The notes beneath the pieces are model-generated. The model made no database searches. It worked only from the letters and a program-made list of their open reading frames with translations, and was not told where the DNA came from. Positions 33,673 to 42,297 of a DNA stretch of 42,297 bases are shown one piece after another. The DNA comes from Candidatus Altarchaeum sp. (GTDB lineage: Archaea > Altiarchaeota > Altiarchaeia > Altiarchaeales > Altiarchaeaceae). The stretch lies in NCBI GenBank assembly GCA_018260755.1, contig JAGTWP010000004.1, positions 1 through 42,297 of the forward strand, in the 5' to 3' direction. The position numbers and the translations under genes are program-made. Positions within the stretch are counted from its first letter, which is position 1, and every line of letters begins with the position of its first letter.

Positions 33673-34233
33673 ATGAATAAAACGACTTTTAAAAGACAAA
33701 AAATGAATAAAGCAGTATTTCTTGACAGGGACGGGGTTATAAATGAAGAAGTTAATTATTTAAGCAAGGTTAAGGAATTTAAATTTATCAAAAATGTAAT
33801 AGAAGCGTTAAAATTGCTTTCCAAGACAGGTTTCAAAATCATAATAATTACAAATCAGTCGGGAATTAACAGGGGATATTTCACTGTAGAAGACCTTAAA
33901 AGGATTCATGAATATATGCTCAAAGAATTTAAAAAGGAAAGTATAAGGATTGATAAAATATATGTTTGTCCTCACAGGCCAGATGAAAATTGTAATTGCA
34001 GGAAACCAAAAACAGGGCTGTTAATTAAAGCATCGGAGGACTTTAATATCAATATTTCAAAAAGTTATTTTATTGGAGACAAAACAGTAGATATTGAAAC
34101 GGGAAAAAACGCCAATTGTAAAACAATCCTTGTAAAAACCGGCTATGGGGGGAGTGATAATAATTATAAGGTAAAACCGGATTTTATTGTGGATGACTTA
34201 ATAGAAGCGGTAAAAGTTATAAATAAAATATGA
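33673..34233 (+). CDS. gmhB: D,D-heptose 1,7-bisphosphate phosphatase (HAD family)
   Basis: 186 aa. FLDRDGVIN HAD motif I, ITNQSGI, and the Zn-binding loop CPHRPDENCNCRKP. The true start may be Met11 (33703, MNKAVFLDRDG). Confidence 0.8.
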   Translation: MNKTTFKRQKMNKAVFLDRDGVINEEVNYLSKVKEFKFIKNVIEALKLLSKTGFKIIIITNQSGINRGYFTVEDLKRIHEYMLKEFKKESIRIDKIYVCPHRPDENCNCRKPKTGLLIKASEDFNINISKSYFIGDKTVDIETGKNANCKTILVKTGYGGSDNNYKVKPDFIVDDLIEAVKVINKI

Positions 34234-35456
34234 ACAAAAAGATAAATATAACAATGAAAATTTTAATAGTAAATGATACAATTCCATTTATAGGAGGTGC
34301 TGAGACATATCTGCATAATTTAAGCAATGCCTTAAATGAAAAAGGTCATGAAATAATCACCTTATCTGAAAAGCCAGATAAAGAAGAAATTTTCCCTCAC
34401 ATAAAAAAGCAGTATTTTTCAAAAACCTACCCCGACAAAAAATTTAATTGTCCTGTTTCAAGATATTGGAATATTTATGCAAAGAAAAAGATAAGAGAAA
34501 TTATCAAAAGCGAAAATCCTGATGTTGTTCATTTCCATAATGTTTTTTCGAGATTGTCGCCTGCTGTAATCTCTGAAGCAAGCAAATATAAACCAACAGT
34601 ATTAACTGTTCATGACACAAGATTTGACTGGCCGAAATTTATGTATCTGGATAAAAATTTTGATATATATCCAGGAACATTCGGATTTAAATGTTTATTC
34701 AATGGAGAAGTAAATCCATTTATGTTTTTTTATCAATATACAAGAAATTTTCTTTATAGGAGATCATTAGAAAAAATTAATGCAATAATAACCTTGAATA
34801 ATTTTGTTAAAAATAAGTTGGAGAAGCTAATAAAAAATGACAATATTTTTATTCAACCCTTGTTTATACCAGAAATGTCAGATTTATCAGATGCAGAAAG
34901 AGAAAATTTTATTCTGTTTGCCGGCAGGATAGAATATTATAAAGGTCTAAAATATCTTATAAAAGCAATGAAAATTGTTAACGAAAAATTCGATATTCCG
35001 CTAATCATTGCAGGCGACGGAAAAGAAAAAAAAGAATTGGAAGAATTGGCAAAAAAAATAAATGTTACGGCGAAATTTATTGGGAAAGTCAAACACGACG
35101 AAATGTTAAAATTATATCAAAAGGCAGGCATTGTCTGTGTTCCATCACTTGCAGATAACTCCCCAATGATAATATATGAAGCAATGTCTTGCGGAGCACC
35201 AGTAATAGCATCAAATGTTTGCGGGATCCCGGATCTAATAAACGATGGCATTGACGGATTTTTAGTAAAGCCAAAAAATAGTGAAGAAATCGCAGAAAAG
35301 ATAATAATTCTTTTGAGTGACGAAAAATTAAGAAAAAAAATTGAAAAAAATGCAAAAAATAAATCGGAAAAAGAATTTAGTAAGGAAAAACATATTAATA
35401 GTATTTTAGAAATTTATAATTTTGCAATTGAAAAATTTAAAAAGAAAAATGTATGA
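34230..35456 (+). CDS. GT4-family glycosyltransferase
   Basis: 408 aa. KILIVNDTIPFIGGAETY N-terminus and a C-terminal GT-B region (PSLADNSPMIIYEAMSCGAPVIAS). ATGA overlap with the gmhB stop. An alternative start at 34254 is possible. Confidence 0.8.
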   Translation: MNKKINITMKILIVNDTIPFIGGAETYLHNLSNALNEKGHEIITLSEKPDKEEIFPHIKKQYFSKTYPDKKFNCPVSRYWNIYAKKKIREIIKSENPDVVHFHNVFSRLSPAVISEASKYKPTVLTVHDTRFDWPKFMYLDKNFDIYPGTFGFKCLFNGEVNPFMFFYQYTRNFLYRRSLEKINAIITLNNFVKNKLEKLIKNDNIFIQPLFIPEMSDLSDAERENFILFAGRIEYYKGLKYLIKAMKIVNEKFDIPLIIAGDGKEKKELEELAKKINVTAKFIGKVKHDEMLKLYQKAGIVCVPSLADNSPMIIYEAMSCGAPVIASNVCGIPDLINDGIDGFLVKPKNSEEIAEKIIILLSDEKLRKKIEKNAKNKSEKEFSKEKHINSILEIYNFAIEKFKKKNV

Positions 35457-36057
35457 CCTGCCAAATCACTGGGGGAGAGAAGGAATCACTTATAGGTGGA
35501 TGGGTGCTGGCGAGAGATTTTTAGATGTCGGTGCTGGAAGCGGAGTATTATGTGAATTTATGAAAGAAAAGTATAAAGAAGTTTATGGATGTGACATTTC
35601 AGATGAAGCGGTGAAAAATTTGAAGGATAAAGGTATAAATGCATTTAAGATAGATCTCAATAATGAAGATTTCCCATTTGAAGATGGGTATTTTGATGCA
35701 GTATCCCATTTAGGTGTTATAGAGCATGTTATAAACCCGCCTATGCTTGTCAATAAAATTCATAGAATATTAAGGAAAGGAGGTGTTTTTATAATAAGCA
35801 CACCTAATATAGCATATATTAAGCATAGGATAAGAGCAATAATTGGAAAATCCCCTTCAACATCTGATGATACAACAATATATAAAGGAGGGCATCTTCA
35901 TTACTTCACATTTAGTGAAATGAGGGAACTACTTGAAAAAGCAGGCTTTAAGGTTGTCGGTTGTAAAGGGACATTCAGCAGAGGAGTATTGCCTGAAAAT
36001 TTCCCGTTAAAAAATTTATTAGCAGCGGAGATAAATTTTAAGTTGATAAAAAAATGA
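35449..36057 (+). CDS. Class I SAM-dependent methyltransferase
   Basis: SAM motif I FLDVGAGSGVL. The track start 35422 is a TTG, so I prefer the ATG at 35449, which overlaps the upstream stop by 8 nt. Confidence 0.75.
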   Translation: MYDLPNHWGREGITYRWMGAGERFLDVGAGSGVLCEFMKEKYKEVYGCDISDEAVKNLKDKGINAFKIDLNNEDFPFEDGYFDAVSHLGVIEHVINPPMLVNKIHRILRKGGVFIISTPNIAYIKHRIRAIIGKSPSTSDDTTIYKGGHLHYFTFSEMRELLEKAGFKVVGCKGTFSRGVLPENFPLKNLLAAEINFKLIKK

Positions 36058-36824
36058 GGGATAATCACGTAGATAAAAATAAAGAAATTTACGAAAATTT
36101 ATATGCTCGTAAATTAGGTTTTAGGTTTGCATTTGGAGTGCAGCAAAAGAGGAAAACAATAAAATATATCTTAAAAAAATTAAAGATAATTTTGAAAAAT
36201 AAAAAAGTTCTGGATATCGGATTTGGAAGCGGGGATATGTTATTTATTTTTGATAATTCTTGTGAGTTGTATGGGATTGAAATAAGTGAAAATGCAGTTG
36301 AAAGATGCTCTATTAAGGCAAAAAAGTTGGAATATAAACATGATTTTAGGGTGGCGGACCTATCTTTAGAACTGCCACCATGGAAAGAAAAATTTGATGT
36401 TATTATATGTTCTCATGTTTTAGAACATATTCCGAATGATGAAGATATTATAAAATGGATAGCAGAGCACCTGAGTAATTCGGGAATAGCAATTATAGCG
36501 GTGCCAATTAAGGAAAAGAAAATTTCTCAAGAGGAAGATAATAAAAATGAGCTGCACTACAGAGAATACACTCCTATTGAATTTAATAATAAATTAAATA
36601 ATCAAAACTTAGAGGTTATTAATATTGCAAGTATTGAGAACGATAGCATTGACCACTTTCTTAATTCCATAAGGAGAAAAGGCAAAGTTTTTGTTGTTAT
36701 AAGTAAAATGCTTGGAGCGGCATTTTCATTAACGCCCTTCCCAATACTTTCTTTTATTGATACAATATTTAATAAATTTTATCCTTATAAAAATTACACT
36801 GTGGTTGTTAAAGGTAATAAATAG
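36054..36824 (+). CDS. Class I SAM-dependent methyltransferase
   Basis: 256 aa. Motif I VLDIGFGSGDM and post-I/II motifs (FDVIICSHVLEHIP). 4-nt overlap with the upstream gene. Confidence 0.7.
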   Translation: MRDNHVDKNKEIYENLYARKLGFRFAFGVQQKRKTIKYILKKLKIILKNKKVLDIGFGSGDMLFIFDNSCELYGIEISENAVERCSIKAKKLEYKHDFRVADLSLELPPWKEKFDVIICSHVLEHIPNDEDIIKWIAEHLSNSGIAIIAVPIKEKKISQEEDNKNELHYREYTPIEFNNKLNNQNLEVINIASIENDSIDHFLNSIRRKGKVFVVISKMLGAAFSLTPFPILSFIDTIFNKFYPYKNYTVVVKGNK

Positions 36825-36833
36825 ATTTCAAAA

Positions 36834-37838
36834 ATGAATCCAAAAATTTCAGTAATTATTGCTGCAAGGAATGAAGAAAAGAATATAGAAAAGTGTTTAA
36901 GAAATATTCCGAAGTATAAAAATTTAGAAGTTATTGTAGTTGATGATTCATCTAACGATAAAACCTATGAAATAGCTAAAAATTTTAAAGCAGATTATGA
37001 TTTAAAAATTTTCAGAAATGAAACCCCTAAAGGAAACGCATATAGCTGGGACTACGGTGTTAAAAAATCTTCAGGTGAACTAATATTTTTGCTTTCAGCA
37101 GATGCGGAATTAAATTCTTTTGATGATGCAGTAGCATATTTTGCTGATGAAAAAGTAGTTCAAGTTCATCAGAAAGTTGAAATTATGGGTGAAGAGAATA
37201 ATCTCATCTCTAAGTTTATGCCGATATATCAAAGATATGCAAATTATATCCCCTTTATAAAAAAAGGAATTAGAAAAGAAACCGAGTTAAAAAATGTTAG
37301 TGTTTGCGATTCTCATGCATTAATGCGTAAATCTTTTTACCTTGATGTTAACCCTCAGGTGGATAAAGCCTGCGGCGAAGAGTACCGGTTCAATGATATT
37401 GGAGGGAAAATATTAGATAATAAGGGATATAAGGTTGTTTATGAATCAAAATTTATTGAAACCAGAGAGCAAAATATGGATTTAAGGAGATTTCTTATTC
37501 AGCAAAGATGGTATGGAAGAAACATGCTCGTAGCATACGCCTTATTTGATAAAAGAAACATTTCAAAATTTTTCAGGTACACATTTATTGTGTTTATAAG
37601 CCTTACTTCCTTTTATTTTTTTACAAAAAATTACTTATTATTCGTTCTTACAATCTTTTCATGTATTTTTCTATTAGCAAGATTGTTTAGCGGAATACCA
37701 AGTTTAAAAAAGAAAGAAATAGTTTATCTTCCCTTTATCTTTGGAATTATTATAATAGGCGACTTTGCTTATAATTACGGATTTTTACAATCCCTTGTTA
37801 ACAAGATGTTTCATGGAAAGTGGATAATAAACAAATAA
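36834..37838 (+). CDS. GT2-family (GT-A) glycosyltransferase with C-terminal TM segments
   Basis: 334 aa. ISVIIAARNEEKNI...VIVVDDSSNDKT and a SADAE (DxD-like) motif. Hydrophobic C-terminal third. Confidence 0.75.
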   Translation: MNPKISVIIAARNEEKNIEKCLRNIPKYKNLEVIVVDDSSNDKTYEIAKNFKADYDLKIFRNETPKGNAYSWDYGVKKSSGELIFLLSADAELNSFDDAVAYFADEKVVQVHQKVEIMGEENNLISKFMPIYQRYANYIPFIKKGIRKETELKNVSVCDSHALMRKSFYLDVNPQVDKACGEEYRFNDIGGKILDNKGYKVVYESKFIETREQNMDLRRFLIQQRWYGRNMLVAYALFDKRNISKFFRYTFIVFISLTSFYFFTKNYLLFVLTIFSCIFLLARLFSGIPSLKKKEIVYLPFIFGIIIIGDFAYNYGFLQSLVNKMFHGKWIINK

Positions 37839-37841
37839 AAA

Positions 37842-38930
37842 ATGATACCAATAGCAAATCCAATCATCGGAAAGGAAGAAGATCAGGCGGTTTTAGAAGT
37901 TTTAAGGTCAGGAATAATTGCTCAAGGCCCGAAAGTCGAGGAATTTGAGAAAAATTTTGCAGATTATTGCAATACAAAATATGCTGTTGCTGTCAATTCA
38001 GGAACTGCTGCTTTACATCTTGCTTTGATGGCTATGGATATTAAAGAAGGCGATGAAGTAATAACAACACCTTTCAGCTTTATTGCATCTGCAAATTGTA
38101 TTCTTTATGTTAAGGCAAAGCCAATTTTTGCAGATATTGATGAAAAGACATTTAACATTTCGCCGAAATCAATAATTGAAAAAATCACAAATAAAACAAA
38201 GGCAATTATTCCGGTTCATTTATACGGACAACCATGCGATATGAAATCTATAATGGAAATAGCGGAAGAATATCATTTGATGATTTTAGAGGATGCTTGT
38301 CAGGCACACGGAGCGGACTTTAACAATAAAAAGGTCGGTTCTTTTGGAGACGCATCTGCATTTTCATTTTACCCTACAAAAAACATGACAACAAGTGAAG
38401 GAGGTATGATAACAACTAACAATAAAGAAATTGCTGAAAAGGCAAAAATTTTTAGAAATCATGGGCAAATAAAAAGATATGAGCATGAATTCTTGGGATA
38501 TAACTTAAGAATGACTGATATTAGTGCTGCAATCGGAATAGAGCAATTAAAAAAACTTGATAAATTTAATCAAAAAAGAATAGAAAATGCAAAATATTTA
38601 AGCGGGAAATTAAAAAATATAAAAGAAATTGAAGTTCCTTATGTTCAAAGTAATGTTAAACATGTTTTTCACCAGTATACTGTAAAAATTGAAAACGGAA
38701 AAAGAGACGAAATTAATAAAAGTTTGAATGAAGCAGGGATTGGCACGGGAATTCATTATCCGATTCCGATAAATGACCAGCCATTTTACAAAAAAATGGG
38801 TTATAATGCCAATGAAACACCGGTTGCAAAGGAAACTGCAAAAAAGGTATTGTCTTTGCCAATTCATCCTTCAGTAACAAGAGAAAATCTGGATTATATT
38901 GCAGAAAAATTAAAAGAAATATTAAAATGA
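37842..38930 (+). CDS. DegT/DnrJ/EryC1-family PLP aminotransferase (WbpE/WlbC-like)
   Basis: 362 aa. [21 protein letters not shown] and [15 protein letters not shown] (PLP lysine context) motifs. Confidence 0.85.
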   Translation: MIPIANPIIGKEEDQAVLEVLRSGIIAQGPKVEEFEKNFADYCNTKYAVAVNSGTAALHLALMAMDIKEGDEVITTPFSFIASANCILYVKAKPIFADIDEKTFNISPKSIIEKITNKTKAIIPVHLYGQPCDMKSIMEIAEEYHLMILEDACQAHGADFNNKKVGSFGDASAFSFYPTKNMTTSEGGMITTNNKEIAEKAKIFRNHGQIKRYEHEFLGYNLRMTDISAAIGIEQLKKLDKFNQKRIENAKYLSGKLKNIKEIEVPYVQSNVKHVFHQYTVKIENGKRDEINKSLNEAGIGTGIHYPIPINDQPFYKKMGYNANETPVAKETAKKVLSLPIHPSVTRENLDYIAEKLKEILK

Positions 38931-39068
38931 CCTCACTTCGTTCGGACATTTTAGAATTCCATATAAATCCTAAAATGACAAACTCACCTAAAATAAAAGC
39001 ATTCATTCGTGAGAACAGCATGCTGTTCTGGTGGATCAACGAAGAGGAAAGAAATTTTAAAAAAGAAA

Positions 39069-39428
39069 ATGACTAAAACCAAAACACTCACTTCCCAGAA
39101 ATATAGCAAGATACTGGACAAAGTCATAAAACATATTGAGCAGTCTAAATTTAGAGCATTCTCTGAAGTAAACAAATCTCTTTTGCATGCCTATTGGAAT
39201 ATTGGAAAAGAACTCAGTGAAAATGCGGCTTATGGAAAATCAGTAGTAGAAAAACTATCCATAGATTTGAGGTTAAGATACCCTGATGTGAGAGGATATT
39301 CATAAAGAAACCTCTGGAATATGAAGAAATTTTACGATACTTATGAGAAACTGCAGCCAGTGGTTGCAGAATTGCTTTTCAAGGTATTATGGACTAATCA
39401 TGTAATTATTTTAAACAAAACTAGTTAA
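39069..39428 (+). pseudogene. Truncated DUF1016 (YhcG-type PD-(D/E)xK nuclease) gene with an in-frame TAA at 39303-39305 and no nuclease domain
   Basis: YSKILDKVIKHIEQSKFRAFSEVNKSLLHAYWNIGKEL...AAYGKSVVEKLSIDL...RGYS*RNLWNMKKFYDTYEKLQPVVAELLFKVLWTNHVIIL follows the DUF1016 N-terminal pattern through the stop. It then ends at about 120 codons, versus roughly 340+ as I recall for intact members. Confidence 0.65.
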
Positions 39429-39434
39429 ATAAGA

Positions 39435-40037
39435 ATGACATTTATCCACCCCACAGCAGAGGTTTCAGAAAAAGTAAAGATTGGAGAAGGAACAAAAATC
39501 TGGCATCACGCACAAATCAGGGAAAATACCGAAATCGGAGAAAATTGTAATATTGGAAAGGGTGTCTATATTGATTTTGGTGTGAAAATCGGAAGCAACT
39601 GTAAAATCCAGAATTATGTTTCGATTTACCATGGTGTTACTATAGAAGATGATGTTTTTATTGGACCATCGGTAACATTCACAAACGATTTATATCCAAG
39701 AGCATTTATCTGGAGTGAGGAAAAGGTGAGCAAAACATTAATAAAGAAAGGCGCGTCAATAGGAGCAAATTCAACGATAATATGTGGAATTACGATTGGA
39801 AAATTTGCGATGATTGGAGCAGGAAGTGTTGTTACAAAAGATGTTCCTGATTATGCATTGGTTTACGGAAATCCTGCAAAAATAACCGGTTTTGTTTGTG
39901 AGTGCGGAAGAAAGATTGAGAAATTTGAAGATGACAACAAAGATAGTTTTGTAAAAGGAATATGTAAATTTTGTAAAAAGGAAATTTTTATAAATAAAGA
40001 AAATTTTAAAAGATGGAAAAAACAAAGGTTGCTGTAA
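39435..40037 (+). CDS. Left-handed beta-helix (hexapeptide) N-acetyltransferase, WbpD/WlbB-like
   Basis: 200 aa. Hexapeptide repeats ([31 protein letters not shown]...) and [14 protein letters not shown]. Confidence 0.8.
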   Translation: MTFIHPTAEVSEKVKIGEGTKIWHHAQIRENTEIGENCNIGKGVYIDFGVKIGSNCKIQNYVSIYHGVTIEDDVFIGPSVTFTNDLYPRAFIWSEEKVSKTLIKKGASIGANSTIICGITIGKFAMIGAGSVVTKDVPDYALVYGNPAKITGFVCECGRKIEKFEDDNKDSFVKGICKFCKKEIFINKENFKRWKKQRLL

Positions 40038-40978
40038 TTGGCGCGGGAAATATGGGAAAAAATCATGTAAGGATTTATTCAGAAATGAACAATGTTGAGT
40101 TAATTGGCGTTGTTGATTTAAATGAAACCATTGGAAGGGAAATTGCAGGTAAATTTAATACAAATTATTTTTCAGATTACAAAGAAATTTTAAACGATGT
40201 TAATGCGGTAAGTATTGTTGTTCCGACAAAATATCATTATTACATAGCAAAGGAATTTTTGAATAGTAGAGTTGATGTGCTTATAGAAAAGCCAATAACT
40301 ATAAATTTGAATGAAGCAGATGAAATAATTAGTTTGGCAGATAAAAACAAATTGATTCTTCAGGTTGGTCATGTTGAAAGATTCAATCCTGCAATAATTG
40401 AATTAAGCAAATATATCAAGCCCGATGAAATAATTTCAATTGATGCGTCTCGTATTGGTCCATTCGGAGCGAGAATTACTGATTCAGGAGTTGTTCTTGA
40501 TTTGATGATTCACGATGTTGATATAATTTTAGGTCTGATAAAAGATGAAATCGCAAGCATTAACGCTTACGGAAGAAATATAAAGGGAAATCATGAGGAT
40601 TATGCAGCCGCATCAATAAAATTTAAGAATGGAATAATTGCAAATTTAACGGCAAGCAGAATAACACAGCGAAGACAGAGAACATTAAAGATAACCGAAA
40701 CGGAGAAATATATGAAGGTTGATTATATGAATAAAATTCTGGAAATTTATAGGCAGTCACAGGCAAAATATGTTACAAACGATAATGGTGTTAAATTTAT
40801 TTACAGCGATGTAGTTGAAAGACCTTACATTTCACAGGAAGAACCGTTGAAATTGGAATTGCAGTCGTTTGTTGAGTGTGTTAAAAGCAGAAAAAATCCG
40901 GTTGTTGATGGAATTGCGGGAAGAAAGGCACTTGATGTTGCGTTAAAAATTTTAGATAAAATCAATAAAAATGAATAA
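40013..40978 (+). CDS. Gfo/Idh/MocA-family NAD-dependent oxidoreductase, WbpB/WlbA-like
   Basis: 321 aa. [13 protein letters not shown] Rossmann motif and the EKP motif (VLIEKPIT). Overlaps the upstream gene by 25 nt. Confidence 0.8.
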   Translation: MEKTKVAVIGAGNMGKNHVRIYSEMNNVELIGVVDLNETIGREIAGKFNTNYFSDYKEILNDVNAVSIVVPTKYHYYIAKEFLNSRVDVLIEKPITINLNEADEIISLADKNKLILQVGHVERFNPAIIELSKYIKPDEIISIDASRIGPFGARITDSGVVLDLMIHDVDIILGLIKDEIASINAYGRNIKGNHEDYAAASIKFKNGIIANLTASRITQRRQRTLKITETEKYMKVDYMNKILEIYRQSQAKYVTNDNGVKFIYSDVVERPYISQEEPLKLELQSFVECVKSRKNPVVDGIAGRKALDVALKILDKINKNE

Positions 40979-42248
40979 AAATAAGGATATTAGTAAGGAT
41001 ATTAGAATATCTGTTTATGGGCAGGGAAAGATGGGATTGCCACTTGCTCAGGTAATGGCTCAATATTACAAAGTTATTGGAGTAGATGTAAACAAAAATT
41101 TAGTTGAAAATTTAAACAAAGGAATAAATCCGATTAAAGATGAGCCGGGATTGAGCGAACTTCTTGCCCAAAATTTGAAATCAAAAAATTACGAAGCAAC
41201 AACTGATTTTTCTTATGCATCAAAAAATTCAAATATTCATATAATTTTAGTTCCTACGCTTATAAAGGAAAATAAGCCGGATTTGAGTATTGTCAGAGAT
41301 GTTGCAAAAAAGATAATTAACGGATTGAAGAAGAACGACATTATAATTACAGAATGCACGATGCCTCCGGGTTCAACTGAAATGTTAATTCCAGTTCTTG
41401 AAGAAAGCGGATTGAAATACCTTGCTTACTTTGGGCTTGCTCACTGTCCCGAAAGAACGATGACAGGAACAGCAATTAGGGATATAACCGGACAATATCC
41501 TAAAATTATTGGTGCCGGTGATGAAAGAACATTAAAGATTGTTAAAGAAATTTATGAAAAAATAAACAATAAAGGCACGATAGTGATGTCTTCAATTGTT
41601 GCCGCTGAAATGGTTAAGGTTTTTGAGGGCTGTTACAGGGATGTTAATATTGCACTTGCAAACGAATTAAGTTATGTTTGTGAAAAGTACAAAGTTAATT
41701 CAGAAGAAATTTTTAAGGCGGCAAATTCCCAGCCATATTGCCATATTCACAATCCAGGTTATGTTGGTGGGCATTGTATTCCGTATTATCCGTGGTTTGT
41801 TATAGATGAGAATACAGAACTAATGCGAACAGCAAGAAAAATTAATGAAAATGTTATTAATACTCTGATTATGGATGTTATTGAGGGCTTAAATGAATGT
41901 AATGTTGCGATAAGGGACTCAAATATCCTGATTTTAGGACTTACATTCAGGGGAGATGTTTATGAATTTGAGCATACTCCCGCAAAACCATTCATTGAAA
42001 AATTAAAGAAATTTAATCCGAAAATTTATGCTTATGATCCGCTGTGTAAAGAAGATGATTATAAAAAATTTGGAGTGAAATTTAAGAATGACTTTAAAAA
42101 TATTGACTGCGTTGTAATTTTAGCAGACCATAAGGAATTCAAAAATTTAGATTTAAATTTAAAAAATATCAAAGTTATTGTTGACTCAAGAGGGGTCTTA
42201 GACAAAGAAAAAATTAAAGATTATGGAATAGTTTATAAAAGACTTTAA
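40971..42248 (+). CDS. UDP-N-acetyl-D-hexosamine 6-dehydrogenase (UDP-glucose/GDP-mannose dehydrogenase family; WbpA/WecC-like)
   Basis: 425 aa. N-terminal Rossmann fold (ISVYGQGKMGLPLA) and the catalytic Cys context GYVGGHCIPYYP. Confidence 0.85.
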   Translation: MNKNKDISKDIRISVYGQGKMGLPLAQVMAQYYKVIGVDVNKNLVENLNKGINPIKDEPGLSELLAQNLKSKNYEATTDFSYASKNSNIHIILVPTLIKENKPDLSIVRDVAKKIINGLKKNDIIITECTMPPGSTEMLIPVLEESGLKYLAYFGLAHCPERTMTGTAIRDITGQYPKIIGAGDERTLKIVKEIYEKINNKGTIVMSSIVAAEMVKVFEGCYRDVNIALANELSYVCEKYKVNSEEIFKAANSQPYCHIHNPGYVGGHCIPYYPWFVIDENTELMRTARKINENVINTLIMDVIEGLNECNVAIRDSNILILGLTFRGDVYEFEHTPAKPFIEKLKKFNPKIYAYDPLCKEDDYKKFGVKFKNDFKNIDCVVILADHKEFKNLDLNLKNIKVIVDSRGVLDKEKIKDYGIVYKRL

Positions 42249-42249
42249 A

Positions 42250-42297
42250 ATGTGCGGAATTTGCGGCTTTAACTGGAATGATGAAAATCTATGTAAA
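42250..42297 (+). CDS. Asparagine synthase-like (Ntn glutamine amidotransferase), 5' fragment truncated by the window edge
   Basis: MCGICGF... is the hallmark N-terminus (catalytic Cys2) of AsnB/WbpS-type amidotransferases. Only 16 codons are visible. Confidence 0.55.
   Translation, partial: MCGICGFNWNDENLCK

Noticed and set aside
39009-39068. The track extends the DUF1016 ORF upstream to a GTG at 39009 (MRTACCSGGSTKRKEILKKK...).
   Set aside because: Family similarity starts at the ATG at 39069, and the upstream 20 codons overlap another short frame. This is probably a non-coding extension.
39890-40037. Cys4 (CxC...CxxC) C-terminal tail on the hexapeptide acetyltransferase, considered as a novel zinc-ribbon fusion.
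   Set aside because: As far as I recall, WlbB/WbpD-type acetyltransferases commonly carry a similar G(W/F)xCxCG... C-terminal segment. It is therefore probably a normal family feature.

Overview
Visibly AT-rich archaeal chromosomal segment. Archaeal hallmarks are Cbf5, exosome subunit Rrp42, MBF1, a NIP7-like PUA protein, beta-CASP RNase J, split GMP synthase and CCA-less tRNAs. About 50 tightly packed CDS and two tRNA genes. No rRNA, CRISPR array or intact transposase/integrase was seen. All family names come from motif recognition by eye, with no database search. The ORF track uses GTG/TTG as starts (e.g. 39009 GTG, 35422 TTG, 10579 GTG), so several 5' ends are uncertain.

Layout:
- 1-22 kb: mostly housekeeping genes (hisG, pyrK-like, cbf5, cutA, RNase J, CDF transporter, tRNA-Ala/tRNA-Ser, carA, nikR plus a ZnuBC-type ABC pair, cation/H+ antiporter, rrp42, purQ). 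These are interleaved with accessory envelope genes: a lipobox-anchored serpin with a tandemly duplicated 8-Cys module next to a CGHC thioredoxin-fold lipoprotein, and a small cluster of uncharacterised membrane/DUF proteins.
- 22.3-26.5 kb: one 1375-aa surface protein. It has a Gly-Tyr dipeptide tract, six DUF11-type modules, about 80 N-glycosylation sequons, a C-terminal TM helix and a 103-aa cytoplasmic tail.
- 26.7-29.2 kb: purC, mbf1 and guaA subunit B.
- 30.2-42.3 kb: a same-strand glycan island. It holds a complete four-gene GDP-D-glycero-D-manno-heptose pathway, glycosyltransferases, methyltransferases and a WbpA/B/D/E-like diacetamido-uronic-acid pathway.

The island is bounded by a decayed AbiEii-like toxin-antitoxin remnant and interrupted by a decayed DUF1016 nuclease gene.

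Other points of interest:
- a 56-bp duplication of the rrp42 5' end flanking a 160-bp insert;
- a 6 x 17-bp tandem array abutting a start codon;
- recurring short motifs in otherwise unexplained non-coding spacers;
- a 613-bp ORF-free gap next to cbf5.
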